Part shown: piece after piece, positions 1 to 13,253 of the stretch
Layout: each line of letters starts with the position of its first letter
Position numbering within the stretch: the stretch's first letter is position 1
Assembly (NCBI GenBank): GCA_965644295.1
Contig: CBFFRP010000132.1
Location: 62,001 to 126,000 of the forward strand
Reading direction: 5' to 3'
DNA from: Paraphysomonas bandaiensis
Taxonomy: Eukaryota; Protista; Chrysophyceae
DNA length: 64,000 bases
The notes under the pieces: model-generated
Told to the model about the DNA's origin: nothing
Databases searched by the model: none
What the model saw: only the letters and a program-made list of their open reading frames with translations
Program-made: the position numbers and the translations under genes

Positions 1-1462
1 CGATTTCTCCATTGATGTGGGTCCCGGAAAACTAGATATTGAACTTGGAAATGTTGAAGGGCACAGCCATTCTGATATTGTGCAAGTAGGAAGACGATTC
101 CGGTCGTTTATTGAAGCGATGACTTTCTCGAATAAAGAGTTCTATGCACACAACATTGAGAGCGCATATGAGAGTATCCTCCGTGTTGAAGCAGTTATGA
201 GGGAAATTAACAACCCACGAGGACTCAGTGTGGTACTAAGCAACAAGGCTAACATATTACTGCGGTATTATGAGCTCCGTGATCATTTATCTCTTGCGAA
301 AAAATGCTTTGATATTGCGATACTGGAAGGTCATCGAGCAATTGAGACTTGTACAACGGAGGAAGATGAGAGGTACTGCACAATTACCCTGGCGGGACGC
401 TATGGAAATTTAGGTGCCTACTATATGGACACCAGGGAGTACGATAATAGTATCGCGGCTTATGAAATGGCCATAATGCTGCACGGGAAAGCCGCGGATA
501 AGATCGGAGAAATACGCGCACGTGGGAATCTCGGAAAGGCCTATTTGGACATGGGCCGCCTTAATGAGGCTGATGAAATCTTCAGAGAAGCGTTTGATTG
601 TGCTGTGCATAGTTTTGCCTCTCTCGGCACAGATCGTGCCCGAGAAGTTCTACAGTACGCTTCAATGAATATGGGAATACTGCTATGTTGTACTGAGGAG
701 TATGAGGAAGCCAGAAAATTTTTCACTTATTCCTTGGAACTGTCCAAGACTATACACAGACTAATTAAATTGAAGTGTTTGAAAGAGCTGAGTGAGGTGT
801 ACATGCATTTATCACATCCAGATGCCGAAGAAATGGGTAACTCAATTTCTCAAGATTTGACGCAATATGATGCTGTGCGCAAGCGCCACTTTCATTTTCT
901 TGTTGATGTTTCAAGTCGAATGACAAACGAAACGATGGCATTTTATCACGACAAGTTATTCTATATCATAACGAATTTGTGTACGATGAAGGATTACGTA
1001 TCCGCAACAGTTTATAATAACAACACCCGAAGAATAGTATCTAAAGAAGTTGTTGGAAGGCATAGATCGAATCTACTGCAAAGAATTACTCGCGAAACTT
1101 ATAACTTCCGTGGGACAGCCTCATTTTATGATGCGCTTGAACGATCGATTGTAAGTATTCGAAAGGATTCAATCGGAAGTGGAGATCAGTGGATCATAGC
1201 TTTATCAAATGCTAGAGACAACTCTTCGGTCAAAGATTTCGAAAATTTACCGTCCATTATTCAAAGGTGTAAAATTAATATTGTCATGATTACAGACAAG
1301 GTATTTTGGAATTTGGAGAGAGTTGACAGGTTGTTAAGTGCATGTCGATTTGGCCTACGAATATCGCAAGAAGGAGGTGAAATAAGTGATATTAAACGTG
1401 CTTTTGAAGCTGCTGATTCAAGTCTTGTCACCGTGAGTCATACGACCATGGAAACACTGTAA
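1..1462 (+). CDS. TPR-repeat + C-terminal vWA domain protein with an N-terminal HAMP-like segment; 5'-truncated by the window edge
   Basis: The frame is open from position 2 and the track start is a GTG. TPR-type helices (YGNLGAYY, ARGNLGKAYLDMGRLNEADEIF, MNMGILL). vWA-like motifs FLVDVSSRM, TASFYDAL and WIIALSNARDN. Confidence 0.75.
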   Translation, partial: DFSIDVGPGKLDIELGNVEGHSHSDIVQVGRRFRSFIEAMTFSNKEFYAHNIESAYESILRVEAVMREINNPRGLSVVLSNKANILLRYYELRDHLSLAKKCFDIAILEGHRAIETCTTEEDERYCTITLAGRYGNLGAYYMDTREYDNSIAAYEMAIMLHGKAADKIGEIRARGNLGKAYLDMGRLNEADEIFREAFDCAVHSFASLGTDRAREVLQYASMNMGILLCCTEEYEEARKFFTYSLELSKTIHRLIKLKCLKELSEVYMHLSHPDAEEMGNSISQDLTQYDAVRKRHFHFLVDVSSRMTNETMAFYHDKLFYIITNLCTMKDYVSATVYNNNTRRIVSKEVVGRHRSNLLQRITRETYNFRGTASFYDALERSIVSIRKDSIGSGDQWIIALSNARDNSSVKDFENLPSIIQRCKINIVMITDKVFWNLERVDRLLSACRFGLRISQEGGEISDIKRAFEAADSSLVTVSHTTMETL

Positions 1463-1844
1463 TTCACCCTTATATCTGTATATATATATATATATATATG
1501 GGTTTTTGTCAAAATTAGTGTTGTTTTATGAATACTTATCTTTGTGTAATGAACACGACCTAGCAGCCCACAATTAATTTATTTATCTTTTAATTTATTA
1601 CGAGTTACAATGAATTCTTATTTATACGTTAGCTAGCAATGTAACGCCTGTGCATCGTTCACTTGAAGAAAGTTGTTTCATTTGCTTGTGATAGAGCTTC
1701 AATGCGCAACAAGCCAGAGAACCTGCAGAATACAATAAAATACTCATTCGTTTAATTATGATGCGACTGATATATGGAAATATTATTCAACCAAGTCAAT
1801 TTGGTGGAAAAAACTAGTCAATTCAATAAATGACTCAACCTAGT

Positions 1845-2198
1845 CAAGCACCAATGCAACCACTTCTGCTCTATCACTCAAAGTAAACACAGTGAGCAAG
1901 CAGAATGTTGATATACCTGACTTCAAAATTTTGAGTCCTAAGGTGAGTCCTATGCTTGACTTCAGAAGGCAGCCCAATACCCCGGATACCTCTTTTAGGT
2001 CGGTCATTCCCGGATGCCTGTTTATTCGGTATAGTCCAAAGACGTCTATACAAAATTGACAATTATTATTGTCCCTTGTGCCACACAGAGAGAATATTAT
2101 TATCTGCTGACTATATATATATATGCGACCTTCGCTAGTTTCCCCGAGAAATATCCCCAGAACACCACGAAAAGGTGCGAGTCAGACTTCGTTGAGGA
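1845..2198 (-). mobile_element. SINE-like / non-autonomous retroposon family copy
   Basis: The reverse complement aligns by eye with the full copy at 52137-52615 (head CCTCAAC.AAGTC.G.CTCGCACCTTTTCGT.GTGTTCTGGGG; tail GAAGTGGTTGCA). Confidence 0.7.
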
Positions 2199-3082
2199 CA
2201 AACTCTGGTGCGCGCTCAAGCAAGACGTGTAGCCATGATTGAGTAATAGATAGATAAATGCAATAAGCTCTCTCATGTAATAATCAGATCTTTAATATGT
2301 AGCCATGATTGAATAGCTGAGCCATAAATTGGAAAAATACTGTAAATTATCCTAGATTTACCCAAAATATTGTAAAATTCCCACACGTTTGCATATTATA
2401 TTATAATATATATATTATATATAACTAAAGATTACAAATTCACCAGGTTTTCTATATAAAATTCACACTTTCCTTACATCATGAATTGTAGCAAGGAAGC
2501 GTTATAATATACCTGTATACTGTACTGTATCTAAACTAGACATCGACAAAACTAGGAGGTCTATTTACGCCTCTACACAGGGAGTGTGTTGAACTTTAAA
2601 ACATCATACTATATAATAGGGAGAACTCATGGAAGTATTGATAAAATGCCACAGAAACATATTTACCGTTGTGTAGTTGTAAATGTAGGAGTAAAATTTA
2701 GAGTCCATTAATATCTTATTATTATTATTAACACTTCATTTTTACCGATTGAAATGTGGATAAAAATTCCTCTGTATCCAGTAAGGTACGTGGTATTATT
2801 ATGAGCATGAATATACTATAACCACATTGGCATGATGGGGTAGGTGGAGTACAAAAGCGAACTTTTAAAGTTCAAGTTTTGGCCTGGCTGTAATTTATAA
2901 ATATAAGTACCATGCTGATATTATTATGTACTAATTATCTCTTGTAAGTATTTTTAATTATAGCCATCAGAACTTATCTATACATAGATAATAATGGTAT
3001 TGATAAATAATATGTACTATATAATGGATGGTATGTACCTAATATTAAATGTAGCCCACTAGGGTAAGCCTCATAATATCCC

Positions 3083-3469
3083 TGTAATCTTTCTGATGAG
3101 AAAGACCGTGTTTACAACGTTTTATATGAATTTAAAGTGCTTCCCAAACCGAGAATACACTGTCCAGAACACCAAACCGGTGAAACTGCCTCCTAACACA
3201 AGCAAACCGCGAGTATAGAATGAATTAAATTACGTTAAAACGTGTAAAGAAAAAGTGAAATCATACAACACTCTATCTTGCTGTGAATCATCTACAGTTT
3301 ACAGTATCATACTTGTACATATACGGGACTTATATCCCTTCAAGAATACAGTAACCGCAATGTATACTAAATAAACTGAAAATGAAAGTACAACAGCATG
3401 CTACCTAGAGTACCGCAGTATAACACCGTATAACTCCACGTATAACAGTAACTACAGGTATGCGTGACA
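3083..3469 (-). repeat. 3' LTR (387 bp)
   Basis: TGTAATC...GTGACA; identical to 7749-8135; adjacent to the PPT. Confidence 0.95.
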
Positions 3470-3724
3470 CTACCCCTTCTCCCTCCAGCTAGAGAAAAGA
3501 AATAGGAATACATATCTGGGATAGATAGAAGTAACACTTGTATCAGCCAATATAGCGTCATTCCAAGCATTAGCAAATAAATATCCAATTCATGAAATAA
3601 AAGTAATAAACATACGTAGAGCAATATTATATAATAATAAGTATGAATAATAGTATGAATGTTATAATATATATATGTGATATAATCATGAAATAAATAT
3701 TAAATAAATAAAAGTAATCAACAA

Positions 3725-4771
3725 TTAGAGAAGAATAGTAGGATATTGTTGGCAGAATGCAGCATCCACCAATACCTTAGTAGAAGGATCAAATTCCGTG
3801 ACTCGACCATAGCAGTGAACGTCATAGGCACTCCATTCATATGTAGATTGAAACAAAGGGCAATAGAGGTCTATACGTAACTGGCGACGGCCAACCCACC
3901 GCACATAAGAACATTCGACAACATACATCGTTGTATAACAATTCGGCAGATTAAGTTCATCATAGAAATCTGAACCCCATGCACGCAAATCTACATAAAT
4001 TGTTTGACCAGGTGACACCCCTTCGATAGGTATACGTTTCAAACGTGCACGTTCAGATTTTGCCATAGCAGCAGAAAACAACAGAGGGAACAATTGAGGT
4101 TTCTGCTCACAGAACGACTGAAATTGCGAGGTGGAAGCAATATCCTGTGACCATGGAAGCCATAATAACGAACCATCCTCAAACTGAACTTGGAATTCCA
4201 TTCGAGAACGAACCTCCGGATCTCCTCGGTATGCAATCACAGCAACCACAGTATACTGGTTAAAATCAATTTGCGCAACACGATATGCCTGCTCAGGCGT
4301 ACCAAAGAACGGTTTGAGCCATGACATGTGCTACACAACTTCAAAACGCATCACAACATGCATGCATGTGACATCAGCCTTATACGTGGATACCACTTCG
4401 TAAGGACCTTTGAAACGAGGGTATAATTTATTGGGCTTGTGCTGAGTTGGATCCAGCCGCAACAAAACTAAATCACCAGGCTGATATTCGTTCAAAGTAT
4501 GTGCAGGCGTGGCAGACTTGCGCTTGTCTTGGATCTTGCGCTGAACATCCATGGCAACCGCTCGAATCTTCTGTAAGTTCTCATTCAAAATAGACACATA
4601 ACCCGCAGCAGAAGATTCATCCATAGTCAGTTCACCCAAACGAAAATATGGAATATCAACGGTACCAAACACATATTGAAAAGGAGAGAGTCCAGTCTCA
4701 CTACTGACTTCATCATTCAAAATGAACTGAATCAACATGTAACACTCAATGTCCCCCCATGAATCTTGCAA
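3725..4771 (-). pseudogene. Integrase C-terminus (GPY module) + chromodomain + C-terminal extension
   Basis: SSETGLSPF, KLYPRFKGPYEV and HMSWLKPF motifs. Chromo-like YTVVAVIAYRG...EFQVQFEDGSLLWLPW. The two track ORFs are in the same frame, split by one TAG at 4331-4333. Confidence 0.85.
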
Positions 4772-7052
4772 CCTCTCATCGTGGACTAAACCCTGTAGAA
4801 ATCACAACAGCTCTCGATGAGATCGCTCGACCATATTAGACTCATGACGATTAGTTAATGACACTCGAAATCGAACTTCAAACCACTTCAATAGAAACTC
4901 CTCATAGAACCCAGCACTCACGAAGACCAATAATAGCAGTAGATTCAAAAACTAATCCCATCCACACAATAGCAAGATAAGCCCTCGGATAACGCCTTAA
5001 CATCAATCTCTGTAGTTCCAGTCGGGAAAAACTTAACATGACAAATTGCATCCTCGCATCAACTACAGAATTCACTTGTAGTTAAATAGAATACCACAGT
5101 GAAATTAAAAGATACTGAATTCTCAAATGCTCATAAGATTTTGGATTAACCTTTGCCTTATATATCCAATATAACCAAATGAGAATTACGTAGAGCCACT
5201 AATGGTCATGTAAATAGATTCCGCACTCAATGACATTAACCACAAGTATTTGATCATCATAAACTTCACGCAATTCAATTGTAGGAAATACGCTTCAACT
5301 CAAACACTTGTTCATTTCACCCGCCATTAGACACAATTGAATTTCCGTGAATACAAGTCCGAAGTGAATCAGAGAGACACTAACCTTAGGACTGAATAAC
5401 ACTCCACCAAATACTCGCAACAGCCAAGTTGAGCAAGTCTTAGCTTAAACCTTGTTGTACCCAGACATACTACAACAACGTTGTAAAACTCTTATTTCAT
5501 TCATCATAAACAATAGAAGCGAGTTCACAAAGAAACTTAATTAATCCACTATTCCGAATTTGAATCCATAATATTAACTCAAATCTCTCGTACCACCCTT
5601 TTGCAAGAAGAGACACACACAACTGGAAACCGTAAGTGTCTTACAACCCATTTTGACAACTGAATCTGAAAGTAATCAACCACCATCATCCATGTATTTG
5701 TGCACCAAACTCTACTTTGACATATCTTATTTTGTACAATAATTGTAATTCATCCTCTCGATTTTAGAACGAAACAATATTTGATTAATGAAAATATCAC
5801 CGGACCAATCAATAACCACCCCAATCAAAACATCATTCATCTCATTCTGAATATATACGAACATAGTGCACTGGTCTTATATTTCAGTAACCATACGTAA
5901 CGATTTCCCTCAGATACAACATTATAATATTGTAAACAATAGAATGATCCACTCAACGCAATCTCATTGAAAAGAATCCAACAATAGAAATATCAACTGA
6001 AATAACAACAAGCTCGCAAAGTAATAACTCCCATTTTTAGTCTCGAAGTTAACCATCACTAGCATATATAATTCTTTCGCATGCAATAGTATTATCAACA
6101 CCATACCTCCAAATATCATTGACACTTAACCATCGATCTCATACCCGATGCATAATACAGTCAAACAATTGAAAAATACCAGCGACAAAGTTTTCAAAAT
6201 TTCATTGACATGTTGTATCACTGAACCATATTCACTTCAACGTAACAGAAACTTCAATTTCGAACAACTTTCAATCAACAACTAACCATGAATTTAGACA
6301 AGTTAATTCGTTGCATTTATGGATACCATATATTCAAATTCAATCCCATTGCAGATCCAAAAAAAACTGAGTAACCATTTTATAAGCATCAACAAGACAA
6401 TGAATATCTCCAACTCCTTCCTGTTTCTATTCATTCTCTTTAATACAAAATGCAAAGCACACTGAAAACATATTGCTCCAAATATACTTTCCTCATACTG
6501 AAATTACAACATCAAAATTTACATTCTGTTCACATAGAGGCAATCGCGTTCATTAAAAACTGTTTACTTCCTCTGAAATTAAACTTTCGTATATGAATCA
6601 TATAGTATTGCAAAACTTATCCAAACCATACATGACCCTTGCAAAACTATAACAATAATTGCTTGCCATTGATGTTGAAACCATACCATTGATATTGAAC
6701 AACTCTTTGCAGACTTTTTACCAATCTCAGACAATACTGTCATTCATTGAAACTTGATAAATTCACTGAAACCCATTCTTATACATTGAACTTAAAACCG
6801 AATTATTCTCTCGTAGTAGTCAGTATCACACAGGACTATTGAGCATAATTTTAACTAGACATTATTGAATATGGATCACACTTCTCAAAAACTCAGAACT
6901 CCCATATTGTAACTCCCATCACAACGGTAAGGCTCACAACAACCTCAATCCATTCCGAAATAAAATGAATAAAACCATGATAAATATTGCATCATCATAA
7001 ATAATAAGATGAACTTTGAAACAAAAGACACTTGCTGGATTTGGAATTGAAC

Positions 7053-7691
7053 TTACTGAATTAATGGCGGCCCTGGCCCATGCTCCGCAATAAACACAAG
7101 ATTTGAAAGCAATAAACTCAAACTCTTGTTCAACGTAAGAAACTGAAAAACGTAACAAGCTGCATCTTGCTTTATCAGCATAAACAAGGAATATTCAAAC
7201 ACCGAATAATTGAACACTGAAAAAGGTACGACTGACATGCGCTCGATTACATCTGTAGCATCATTGGCAGTAGTCTCTTTTCCAAAGGAATTTGGAATTA
7301 CCATTTCAGGATCAATGGCAACATGCTGCATAACAACTTGAGAATTATCAACAAAAATCTCAGCCTCGAATGACTCTGACTGAACGTCCTGCTGCTCAAC
7401 AAATTCCAACATATCATTGACAACATTCTGCACAATACAGTTCTCATCGGTTCTGTTCTGAAGTAGATCTGAATTAGCTGGAATCGCTCGTCTTGAGGAA
7501 CGTCGAGACTCCAACTGCTGCAATCTTTGTTCGAACATTTCGAAATGAAGATCGATGGACTCAAAACGCTTGTTCAGCTGCTCTTGTTGTTCAGCAAACC
7601 GCTGCTTTTGTTGAGCAAACTGTTCATTTTGTTCAGCAAACCGCTGCTGAAGGAACTCCATAATCTTTGAAACCTCTTCTTCCGAACTCAT
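7053..7691 (-). pseudogene. Gag-like N-terminal coiled-coil ORF of the LTR element
   Basis: First ORF after the 5' LTR, with a Q/E-rich heptad pattern (QQRFAEQNEQFAQQKQRF). The downstream pol region is full of stops. Confidence 0.6.
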
Positions 7692-7748
7692 AGTCGACAA
7701 TAATATAAATAAACAATGTTTCTTTCTATCCGACTAAAGTATTAATAC

Positions 7749-8135
7749 TGTAATCTTTCTGATGAGAAAGACCGTGTTTACAACGTTTTATATGAATTTA
7801 AAGTGCTTCCCAAACCGAGAATACACTGTCCAGAACACCAAACCGGTGAAACTGCCTCCTAACACAAGCAAACCGCGAGTATAGAATGAATTAAATTACG
7901 TTAAAACGTGTAAAGAAAAAGTGAAATCATACAACACTCTATCTTGCTGTGAATCATCTACAGTTTACAGTATCATACTTGTACATATACGGGACTTATA
8001 TCCCTTCAAGAATACAGTAACCGCAATGTATACTAAATAAACTGAAAATGAAAGTACAACAGCATGCTACCTAGAGTACCGCAGTATAACACCGTATAAC
8101 TCCACGTATAACAGTAACTACAGGTATGCGTGACA
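7749..8135 (-). repeat. 5' LTR (387 bp)
   Basis: Identical to 3083-3469; followed by TSD TCCC at 8136-8139. Confidence 0.95.
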
Positions 8136-8639
8136 TCCCTTCCTTCCAGTAATATAGTGACAGTACTCCGAGGTGGGGTTATATTGAGAAACCCACTAAA
8201 AAAGGAGTGGTGGGTAGATAATATAGATGCAGTTGATTCTGCATCTATTATGACTAGCGAATGTGCCAGAAGTTCTGTTGATTATTGCTTGTAATAAGTA
8301 TTTTTAATTATAGCCAACAGAACTTTTTGCTATATACATATAGATACATATATAGCACTATATAGTACGTTATATCATGTATAGTGTAACCGTTACATTC
8401 TCACATTTTTGGCCTGTAACTAAAATAAAACTTATTAAATGTCTTTAAAAACATGTTCCCTTCACACCTGCTGCAGTATTTATTGCAGAAAGCATCAAAA
8501 ACTCAACTTAAATTGATATTTTGAAAATTTCACCAGGTTTGGTCATCACATCGACTTATTACAAGAAGCTGCATTGATTACTACAGCAGGTTCTATGATA
8601 TTCACCAGCTTGTGAATGTGAATAGTGACACACATTTTG

Positions 8640-10740
8640 ATTCTCCTCAACACACAAATACTCCCGACTCTACTATACAAGGCCACCAAAACATCCTGGA
8701 CGTATGCCTAATTCATCGACATAGACAAACTACTTGCGAAGACCGCTAGGATACTCCGTCTCTCCCATGGATATCCCAGCAGCAGGAATCTTATCTACCT
8801 TCCCACGAAATACAAAGGGCTTGGACTGCGCAAATTTTCAACCCACGCCCAGACTCGGAAATGGCATACTCTACAACACGAGCCCTCACACTCTGAGGAC
8901 AGCCCAAGAATGGGGCCACATGGCTCTTGCAACGATACGAGCACCCCCCCCAAGACGTCGACATGTACATCACTAGCCTGCTGGTAAAATGGGGGAAACA
9001 GCTCGGCATCCGACTACAGCCTCCCTCCCCCCCAGCTACGCCACAAATGGAGCTATACTATTGTGACAAAAAGTCAAATCACAACTCCAAGAAGTAGTGT
9101 TCAACGATCGCCAGTGTACGCCTACAAAGCCATCTTCACGGATGGATCCTTCACACGCACACACCTCACCCCCCCTTCTCACCTACTCGGCGACACCCAC
9201 ACACAGCCCAATTCCCACAACGGAGGAGCCGCAATTGTATGACACCCGCCCAAGGATAATTGGGTTCACAGACTAACCAAAATCCTACATCTCATGGCAC
9301 CACAGTTCACCGCACCTGCTGGCCTCAACGCCTACACCTACGAAACCCTTGCAATGTCAGCAGAGCACTGAAATTCTCCACTGTACTCCACTCTTCCGTG
9401 CCAATCTGGACTGATTGTCTGGCGGTGCAGACGCGAACCAAAGAGGTCCGTCGGACGGCGTGCCCTCGGAACAAAGCCCCAGGGAATATTTTACTAATGC
9501 CTCGCCACCACAGCTCGTAAACAGCGCACGATAAAATGGACTCGCTCGCACCCCGAACGTAGAACACAAGATCAAAGCAACTGGACGTCTACACTGGTCA
9601 CGGCATCTATATCACCGACGCTGCCGCCAGTGGCGAGTGGTAGACACTAGATAGAGTAATGCTCGGAGCCTCCAACTACAGTGTTGTCACAACTAACGCT
9701 ACGCACATACTGGAAGAATTATTTACCACGAGTCAATGGCACTGGCGAAGATACGATACACATCTCCTCACAGACATCGGTCTCATGCTAGGAGATGTCA
9801 CCGATCTCCACCACCAGTAGTAGGACCTCCATCAATACACCCTCCGACGAGGTAGCATGTATGCTGCACAAAAACGCAGCGAGACCCGCAGTATTGGACA
9901 CCCAGCGGAACACAAGATATGGCGCACATGCTTCTCACCTGCACTCACCCTGACATCATTCACATACGTGAAGATGTCTACCAAGCACACCACAGTAAGC
10001 TTGACAAACTTCGCACACGCACGCTTCCCCATCCCTGGTTTCACACTGCCATAATCAAACTAGCAAAAGCCGCATGGAATTCAAACACCCCTCAGGTTGA
10101 GCGCTACTGGACCGGTCACCTAACTGCCACATAATTGGCCGACGCATTTGGACGCCACATATCCAACTCATAGCTCGAACATCAGTTCCACGCCCTCGAA
10201 AAATCCAGCACCTGCCTCTATCCTGCTCCCCCTCTATATATGCTTCGAAAAAGGGGACTCAGACACAACAACGCAGACACAACACCAGTAATACCGGTCA
10301 CAACACCGACACACTCACAGCGGCACCAGTCCCATGATACTTACCCGACACCAAAAATACTCCAGCTACTCCAGGCGACAACCATCCCCAGAATTCTATA
10401 TCCCGACAGAGAGGCAAGCGCAACCACTCCGGAAACAACTCATCCTAACTTGTGGCCGTAATCCCACCTCGACAACCAGCACCATCTCCACCACCGAATT
10501 ACACTCTCATCTACGTACCGCCCCATCCACTCCTCACATAATTCGTGGCACAGTTCCGCCAGACACATTGCCCAAAGGTAGACCCCCCGACTGCTAACCT
10601 CACTACAAGGGACGGTTGCACCATGGTGCTCGCAGCGATGCACAAGCAGTCCCGAGACGGTTGCTTCACTACTAGTAGTATATAGCAAGTCGAGTTATTA
10701 GTTAGTCTATAGATGTAAATCTAGTGTATATATATACACA
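8640..10740 (+). mobile_element. 5'-truncated, degenerate non-LTR retrotransposon (LINE) with an RNase H-like domain
   Basis: C/A-rich strand bias. RNase H-like KAIFTDGSF at ~9127-9153 and GIYITDAAA at ~9600. Many stops and frameshifts. The 3' end carries the GGTTGCACC.TGGTGCT...CACAAGCAG stem-loop motif shared with the SINE-like family. Confidence 0.7.
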
Positions 10741-10742
10741 AC

Positions 10743-10925
10743 GGAAGTGGTTGCACCTTGGTGCTTGCGGCGGCGCACAAGCAGCTTCTGTAGCGCTAAA
10801 TAGTAGGATAATAGAATTTGTGCTAATTAGTTATGGGTAGAGGTCTAACTAGTAGATCTAGCATTCAACTAGACACTGTATCGGAACGAGTTTTTAACGC
10901 CTATTGCTAAATAAAAAGACTATCA
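10743..10925 (+). mobile_element. 5'-truncated SINE/LINE 3'-tail insertion with a 15-bp target-site duplication
   Basis: Matches 52427-52615. Flanked by the direct repeat ATATATATACACAAC at 10728-10742 and 10926-10940. Confidence 0.8.
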
Positions 10926-12014
10926 ATATATATACACAACCGTTCTCATGTAATAATCAGACATTCTTATACGCTTTGTGATTCAGTTATCACAACATAG
11001 ACATCATATCATTATTATCGCATTATAGTTGATGGTATGATATTTCAACTTAATTATATATATATCTATTATCTATGGCTAGAGTGTATGATAGCACAGT
11101 ACGGTTGTATATAATCATATATCCCTTCACTCATATGTATCTATCTTGTGTATTACCAAACTTCTTTACCTCCTTTATCTCTCCATCTTTGAGTTATTCA
11201 TCCCATTTGCTCAGTTGCTTATTTTGCATCTATTCTGTTCTCCACTGCAATATAGTGTCATCGGCTACTTGGCATCATCATTTTCGTGTTCCACAGAAAA
11301 TCTGTCAACATATAAATATAGTCCTGAGTCCTGAAGGCCAATGTACAGAGTACATAGAACGAGTCATAATCATACTGTCCGATACCTACGGTGTCCTAGC
11401 ACAGACGTTTTTGAAGTCGAGTGTTTCTGTACCTCATACAACTGTCCATTATTTCTCATCGTCTTTCTACTATACTTTCACTAGTTAGTTAATTGTTCTA
11501 CTACATTAGTTATTACATGTAGATAACTGATTACATACTATATGATAGTTACATGTATGCACTGTAGCATTGGAAGGCCCCAGGTATAGGGAACAATAGA
11601 TTATATATATTATTGTATAGTGTTTAGAAATCTTGATTGATCTTATGTCTTATGGTAGGTACATATCATAATTATGCTTTCGAGGTTCTTCATTCGTTGC
11701 TGCGCGATCCCATATGCGGATGACAATGAGTACTCAATCATGCGAATTATTCAATATTTCTCTGTTATATTTGCAGATGATCATTAGTGGCAATCACTGT
11801 TCGTTCTAGCATGTACAGGAGTACGGGGCTGTCCTGCGATGAAGCTGGAGCTCTCAGTACCCCATCATCGATTTGATATTTCATATACTACATAAAACAA
11901 TGTACTTGATAAACATTCCGCGATGAAAGTACAGGTAATAAAAACTAATATTAACACACACTCCTGCAAACAATAGCAAATGATATCGTAAACACTCCAA
12001 TCTAAACTCATGTC

Positions 12015-12604
12015 TTAGTTTTTAAGATCTTCAAGATCACTACCTTTCACACAATCATCGTCTACACTACACTCAGTAATCGATTTCTTCTCTGGGTCTT
12101 GTGGTTCGTCATTATCATTACTCAAAGCAGTCTCAGTTGTATCAGTGAGTTCCTCGAATTTGCGTTTTCTCTCTTCTTTCTTCGCCTTCTTCTTTTTTCG
12201 CTTTTCTGCATTCTTTCGCGTTCTTTCCTCTGCTTCCAATCTATTGCGGCGAATTTTCTCTTCAAGCTCCTTCTGTTGTTGCTCTGATTGCTTTTGTCTT
12301 TCAATTTCTTCAAGACGGAAGTGCTCTCGTCTTCTAGCTGCTCGGTAGATATCAAACTCTCCGCTGCCCGCACCAGCGCAGCTCCCCATAACATTATTAA
12401 CCTTCTCTACCTGGACAAGAAATAAGACACAAGGTTTTATAGACAGCATCAGTCTGCCTGAAGCTTTTTAGGCCCCGTCTCAGCTGCCGTTGACGAGGAG
12501 GCAGTCACCACTTTGGTGTTCGAGTCGCTGTCTGTCGCGCTGTCAGATAATCAGACAGAGAAAACGATTGCCTTACATGTCTGTACGGTAGTGTAGCGCC
12601 CCAT
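12015..12604 (-). CDS. PRKRIP1: PRKR-interacting protein 1 (DUF1168) family splicing-associated protein; 3 exons
   Basis: Signature [23 protein letters not shown] followed by a K/R/E-rich coiled coil. Predicted exons 12604-12577, 12531-12458 and 12410-12015; the second intron is GC-AG. Confidence 0.85.
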
Positions 12605-13253
12605 GCTTCAACAGGATCAATCACAGCACTCGTACGAGATAAGAGATATGGTAATATAGGAGATTGTATGTGTGTGCAGTGGTTCCTGTATGGGATATGA
12701 CTGTATGTATGTGCATGTGTGTACGTCTAGACGTCGTGCAGTTTATTAACGAGGTCAACAAGTCGAGAAGCATAGGAATACTCCACAGTATAACGAGGGA
12801 TACGGCATATCTGTTGTACAGTGGGAATACTGCTGTATATCTGCTGGATGCTGTGACTGCATCTGCTGTACTTCTCTGTACTTACAGTCATACAGTACAT
12901 TCGTACTTCACGACAGCAGTACAGTACACCAGTATCCAGAGAACTGCACTTCACATTACGGTACGATTTCGATACGGTAGAATGATACGCAGTGACAGAT
13001 CGGAAGACAGCACAGGCGGCTCTCTTCAACAAACAGGAACTGAGCCCGACATCATGATAAGGATTGAATGTGGCAGCTAGTATGATGCATGGCGCCTCCT
13101 GCGCTGTATTCGATACGCCATAGCTGTGTATGCGTTGTAATGCAATCAACATAACTGTGAGTGTCTAACATAGAAACAAACAGAGAGTCGCTGCTGAATC
13201 AGTGTCGTCTACTCGTAAAGTCTCAGGGCTCACAGGGGGTGCGGAGCTATAAG

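Larger units (their letters stand above)
3083..8135 (-). mobile_element. Ty3/Gypsy chromovirus-like LTR retrotransposon with decayed internal region
   Basis: Two 387-bp direct LTRs (3083-3469, 7749-8135) with TG...CA ends and no differences seen. 4-bp TSD TCCC. Polypurine tract on the minus strand at 3470-3490. Gag-like ORF, integrase C-terminus and chromodomain on the minus strand. Confidence 0.95.

Noticed and set aside
2935-8350. Short direct similarity at 2940-2990 and 8289-8345 flanking the LTR element
   Set aside because: Probably remnants of an older AT-rich repeat into which the element inserted; too degenerate to classify.
12664-13152. Overlapping 138-aa and 141-aa ORFs between PRKRIP1 and PP2C
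   Set aside because: Located in a divergent promoter gap with low-complexity composition and no motifs.
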